Source: Opitutales bacterium (GTDB taxonomy: Bacteria > Verrucomicrobiota > Verrucomicrobiia > Opitutales > JAFGAQ01). From it: 64,000 nucleotides of DNA. The first letter of the stretch is position 1; the number at the start of each line of letters is the position of its first letter. Below, piece by piece: positions 61,818 to 64,000 of the stretch. Made by a program: the position numbers and the translations under genes. The notes under the pieces were generated by a model. That model did no database searches. It was given only the letters and a program-made list of their open reading frames with translations, and was not told the DNA's origin. Location: contig JAKSBQ010000357.1 in NCBI GenBank assembly GCA_022361075.1, positions 1,472 to 65,471 of the forward strand. The letters are read 5' to 3'.

Positions 61818-62564
61818 TCACATTACCATACCGCCGTCAACGGTAAAAACCTGACCTGTAATGTAATTGGAAAGCGGGGAAGCGATAAAGCCGACCACAT
61901 TTGCAATCTCTTCAGGCTTACCCATTCGCTTCATGGGGATGTTCTTGAGGATGGCATCCTTAATCTCGTCGTTGAGCACGCTGGTCATGTCGGATTCGAT
62001 AAATCCAGGGGCTACTGCGTTTACGGTTACCGACCGAGGAGCAAACTCTTTTGCAACACTTTTGGTCATGCCAATGATGCCTGCTTTTGCAGAAGCGTAG
62101 TTTACTTGACCCGCATTACCGATCAGACCAATGACTGATGCAATATTGATGATCCGACCACTTCTGGCACGAGCCATCGGGCGAATCAAAGACTGAGTCC
62201 AGTGAAAACAGCTGCTCATGTTAGTCTGAATGACGTCGTACCAGTCTTCATCACTCATGCGAATGAGTAGGCCATCGCGAGTGATTCCTGCGTTGTTTAC
62301 CAGCACATCGACCAACTGCCATTCCTTGAGAATTTCTTCCGCAGTAGCCTTGATTTGGTCAGGCTTTGAAACATCCACTGCGTAACCCTTGGCTTCGCCT
62401 CCGTCTCCGTTGATTTCTTCCACAACCGCCCGACTACTTTCCAGGCTGCGGCTGATGCAGAGAACTCGATGTCCCGAGCGATGAAGCTCTAATGCGATGG
62501 CTTTACCAATGCCTCGACTGGCGCCGGTTACGAGTGCAGTTTTTTTAGGTGAATCACTACTCAT
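61818..62564 (-). CDS. fabG: 3-oxoacyl-ACP reductase
   Basis: [17 protein letters not shown]-x-x-x-K (YASAKAG). 248 aa, in the fabG-acpP-fabF order. Confidence 0.95.
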   Translation of the reverse strand: MSSDSPKKTALVTGASRGIGKAIALELHRSGHRVLCISRSLESSRAVVEEINGDGGEAKGYAVDVSKPDQIKATAEEILKEWQLVDVLVNNAGITRDGLLIRMSDEDWYDVIQTNMSSCFHWTQSLIRPMARARSGRIINIASVIGLIGNAGQVNYASAKAGIIGMTKSVAKEFAPRSVTVNAVAPGFIESDMTSVLNDEIKDAILKNIPMKRMGKPEEIANVVGFIASPLSNYITGQVFTVDGGMVM

Positions 62565-62749
62565 AATTAGAAATTTTGTGCTTGGGATAAGGCTGTTGCG
62601 AGAACGGTCAACCTATTTGCACCGCATCACTTTACAAGATCAATCCTTAAATCTTCTCCGATTACAGACTGAAATTCCTTAGGATCGCTCATATTTGCTA
62701 CAAAAGTGCTGCATTTTGTCCGATATTGAGCATGCTGACTGGTCTGATC

Positions 62750-63487
62750 ATGCAGGAACGTCTACAGAAGATTATTGCGAATAAAGGACTATGCTCGCGG
62801 CGCGAAGCTGAGCGCTGGATCCTTGAGGGAAGAGTGAAAGTGGATGGGCAACTCGCTTCCATCGGGCAGAAAGTCGACATGGAGAAGCAAGACGTCGTGG
62901 TGAATGGCAAGAGCATCAACCGACTCAGCCCGGAGAAAATCGTAATCGCTGTCCATAAACCAAGAGGATTCACCTGCACTAACGATGATCCCTACGCGGA
63001 GAAGCTTGTGTTCGAATTACTTCCCAAGCACCACCAACGACTGAAGTTATTCGTTGCCGGACGTTTGGACAAAGACTCTTCGGGACTGGTCATCATCACC
63101 AATGACGGCAGCTTTGCACAGAAGCTCACCCATCCTTCTCACGAAATCGAGAAACGTTATCGAGTGAGAATCAAGCCGGGATTAGAACGGAAGGATGTTT
63201 CCTGGTTTCTCCAGGGCCAGATCGATGAAGGCGAGACCTTGCAGTTTGACCGGATCGATTTTCCAACAAAAGGCGCAGAGCCCTATGAAGAATTGGACGT
63301 GATCCTTTCGCATGGCAAAAAGCGGGAAATTCGTCGTTTGTTCAAGAAGTCACGTCGCGATGTGAAACGCCTCAAACGCCTGAGCATCGGTCGACTAAAC
63401 CTCAAAGGTTTAACGATCGGGGCGTGCAAAGAATTAACCCCTAAGGAGATCGAATCCCTGCTTGCAGCACCGGGGGAACGTCGTTAG
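62750..63487 (+). CDS. Pseudouridine synthase, RsuA/RluB family (S4 domain plus catalytic domain)
   Basis: ERLQKIIANKGLCSRREAERWILEGRVKVDG forms the S4 domain. The catalytic Asp motif is AGRLDKDSSGLVIITNDG. The Met9 start is preferred. Confidence 0.85.
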   Translation: MQERLQKIIANKGLCSRREAERWILEGRVKVDGQLASIGQKVDMEKQDVVVNGKSINRLSPEKIVIAVHKPRGFTCTNDDPYAEKLVFELLPKHHQRLKLFVAGRLDKDSSGLVIITNDGSFAQKLTHPSHEIEKRYRVRIKPGLERKDVSWFLQGQIDEGETLQFDRIDFPTKGAEPYEELDVILSHGKKREIRRLFKKSRRDVKRLKRLSIGRLNLKGLTIGACKELTPKEIESLLAAPGERR

Positions 63488-63530
63488 GTTCGACAGCAAC
63501 TTTTTAAAACAAGTTAACTCTCTGAGCTCG

Positions 63531-64000
63531 ATGGATTTACTTATGACGCTTTCTCCCAAGAAACTTTTTGTGAGCGTTTCGCTTTTGTGGATGTTAGGCT
63601 TGTTTCAGTTCAGCCATGCGGTGCGGACTCCGGTACACGTTTTTCCTGAGAGCGAATCCAACGTCATCGCAGAGCTGGACATTGATCCTAACGATTTAGA
63701 TCAATACCCGAAAGTCTTGGATGCGAGTCTTGAAGAAACCTGGTATTGGACGACTCACGAAGATGAATTCACTGGCTATGTGAGTAAGCGTGATTTGGAG
63801 CGGAGAAACCGTTTGAGACCTGGAACACTGATTCGAGTAAACCCCACCTACACGAGCTGGATTTTGACCCGATATGAAGCTAACGACGATGTGCGAGTGC
63901 GCTCGCGACTGTCAGTTGGCCGGGTGTCGATTCGGAAAGAGATTCCGGTTTATTTCAGAGCTCCCGATTCGAGTTCAAGTTCTTTCGAGCCTGAAAAAGA
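63531..64000 (+). CDS. Hypothetical secreted protein, N-terminal part (runs off the 3' edge)
   Basis: Own translation from the ATG at 63531 has no stop before the window end: MDLLMTLSPKKLFVSVSLLWMLGLFQFSHAVRTPVHVF... It has a signal-peptide-like start. Confidence 0.45.
   Translation, partial: MDLLMTLSPKKLFVSVSLLWMLGLFQFSHAVRTPVHVFPESESNVIAELDIDPNDLDQYPKVLDASLEETWYWTTHEDEFTGYVSKRDLERRNRLRPGTLIRVNPTYTSWILTRYEANDDVRVRSRLSVGRVSIRKEIPVYFRAPDSSSSSFEPEK

Overview
This is a gene-dense chromosomal window that is mostly housekeeping. All family calls come from motifs read by eye in the supplied translations, with no searches run. Hand counts on single 60-nt lines give about 50-52% GC in core genes.

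Core genes, left to right:
- crcB (3' end), dnaN, a TrmH-family methyltransferase, yebC, yidC-rnpA-rpmH, tRNA-Glu(UUC)
- a metallophosphoesterase, ggt, metY, an IPMDH-family dehydrogenase, eno, an MBL hydrolase
- a CYTH/Nudix-like protein, a CHAD protein, an RHH protein and NIF3 in one minus-strand run
- uvrB, a YfiR-like protein with a hybrid histidine kinase, a DAACS symporter, an MCP
- parE/parC, alr, a CaCA antiporter, hisA, clpX-clpP-tig, a thioesterase, DciA-like DUF721
- rpsO-pnp, sufE, a DUF2161 protein, mrdA, moxR, tRNA-Arg(ACG), a DNA methyltransferase
- panB, fabF-acpP-fabG and a pseudouridine synthase

The one clearly accessory locus is a ~2.4-kb AT-rich islet (about 37-42% GC on sampled lines). 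It sits directly after tRNA-Glu and is bounded by a 28-29-nt direct repeat of the tRNA 3' end plus flank (9385-9413 and 11771-11798). It contains no integrase.

The islet carries a tightly coupled four-gene minus-strand operon:
- a 67-aa RHH-like protein
- a 274-aa TIGR04255-like protein
- a ~164-aa very acidic protein
- a 194-aa Cys/His protein with a TQACDLEH motif

A perfect palindrome overlaps the operon's likely promoter and start codon. None of the four proteins matches a defence, toxin-antitoxin or mobility function that I recognise. This operon is my best candidate for an undescribed system.

Secondary observations:
- The same 15-nt trailer follows tRNA-Glu and tRNA-Arg, and the tRNA-Arg copy leads straight into an orphan SPPF-type DNA methyltransferase.
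- An oriC-like AT-rich region with DnaA-box-like 9-mers lies upstream of dnaN, with no dnaA nearby.
- A CYTH/Nudix-like fusion sits next to a CHAD protein.
- The MCP has two CZB-like motifs in its predicted periplasmic region.
- A three-way-junction leader precedes rpsO.
- An inverted-repeat-bounded element lies in the sufE-DUF2161 gap.

I saw no CRISPR array, rRNA gene, transposase or integrase.
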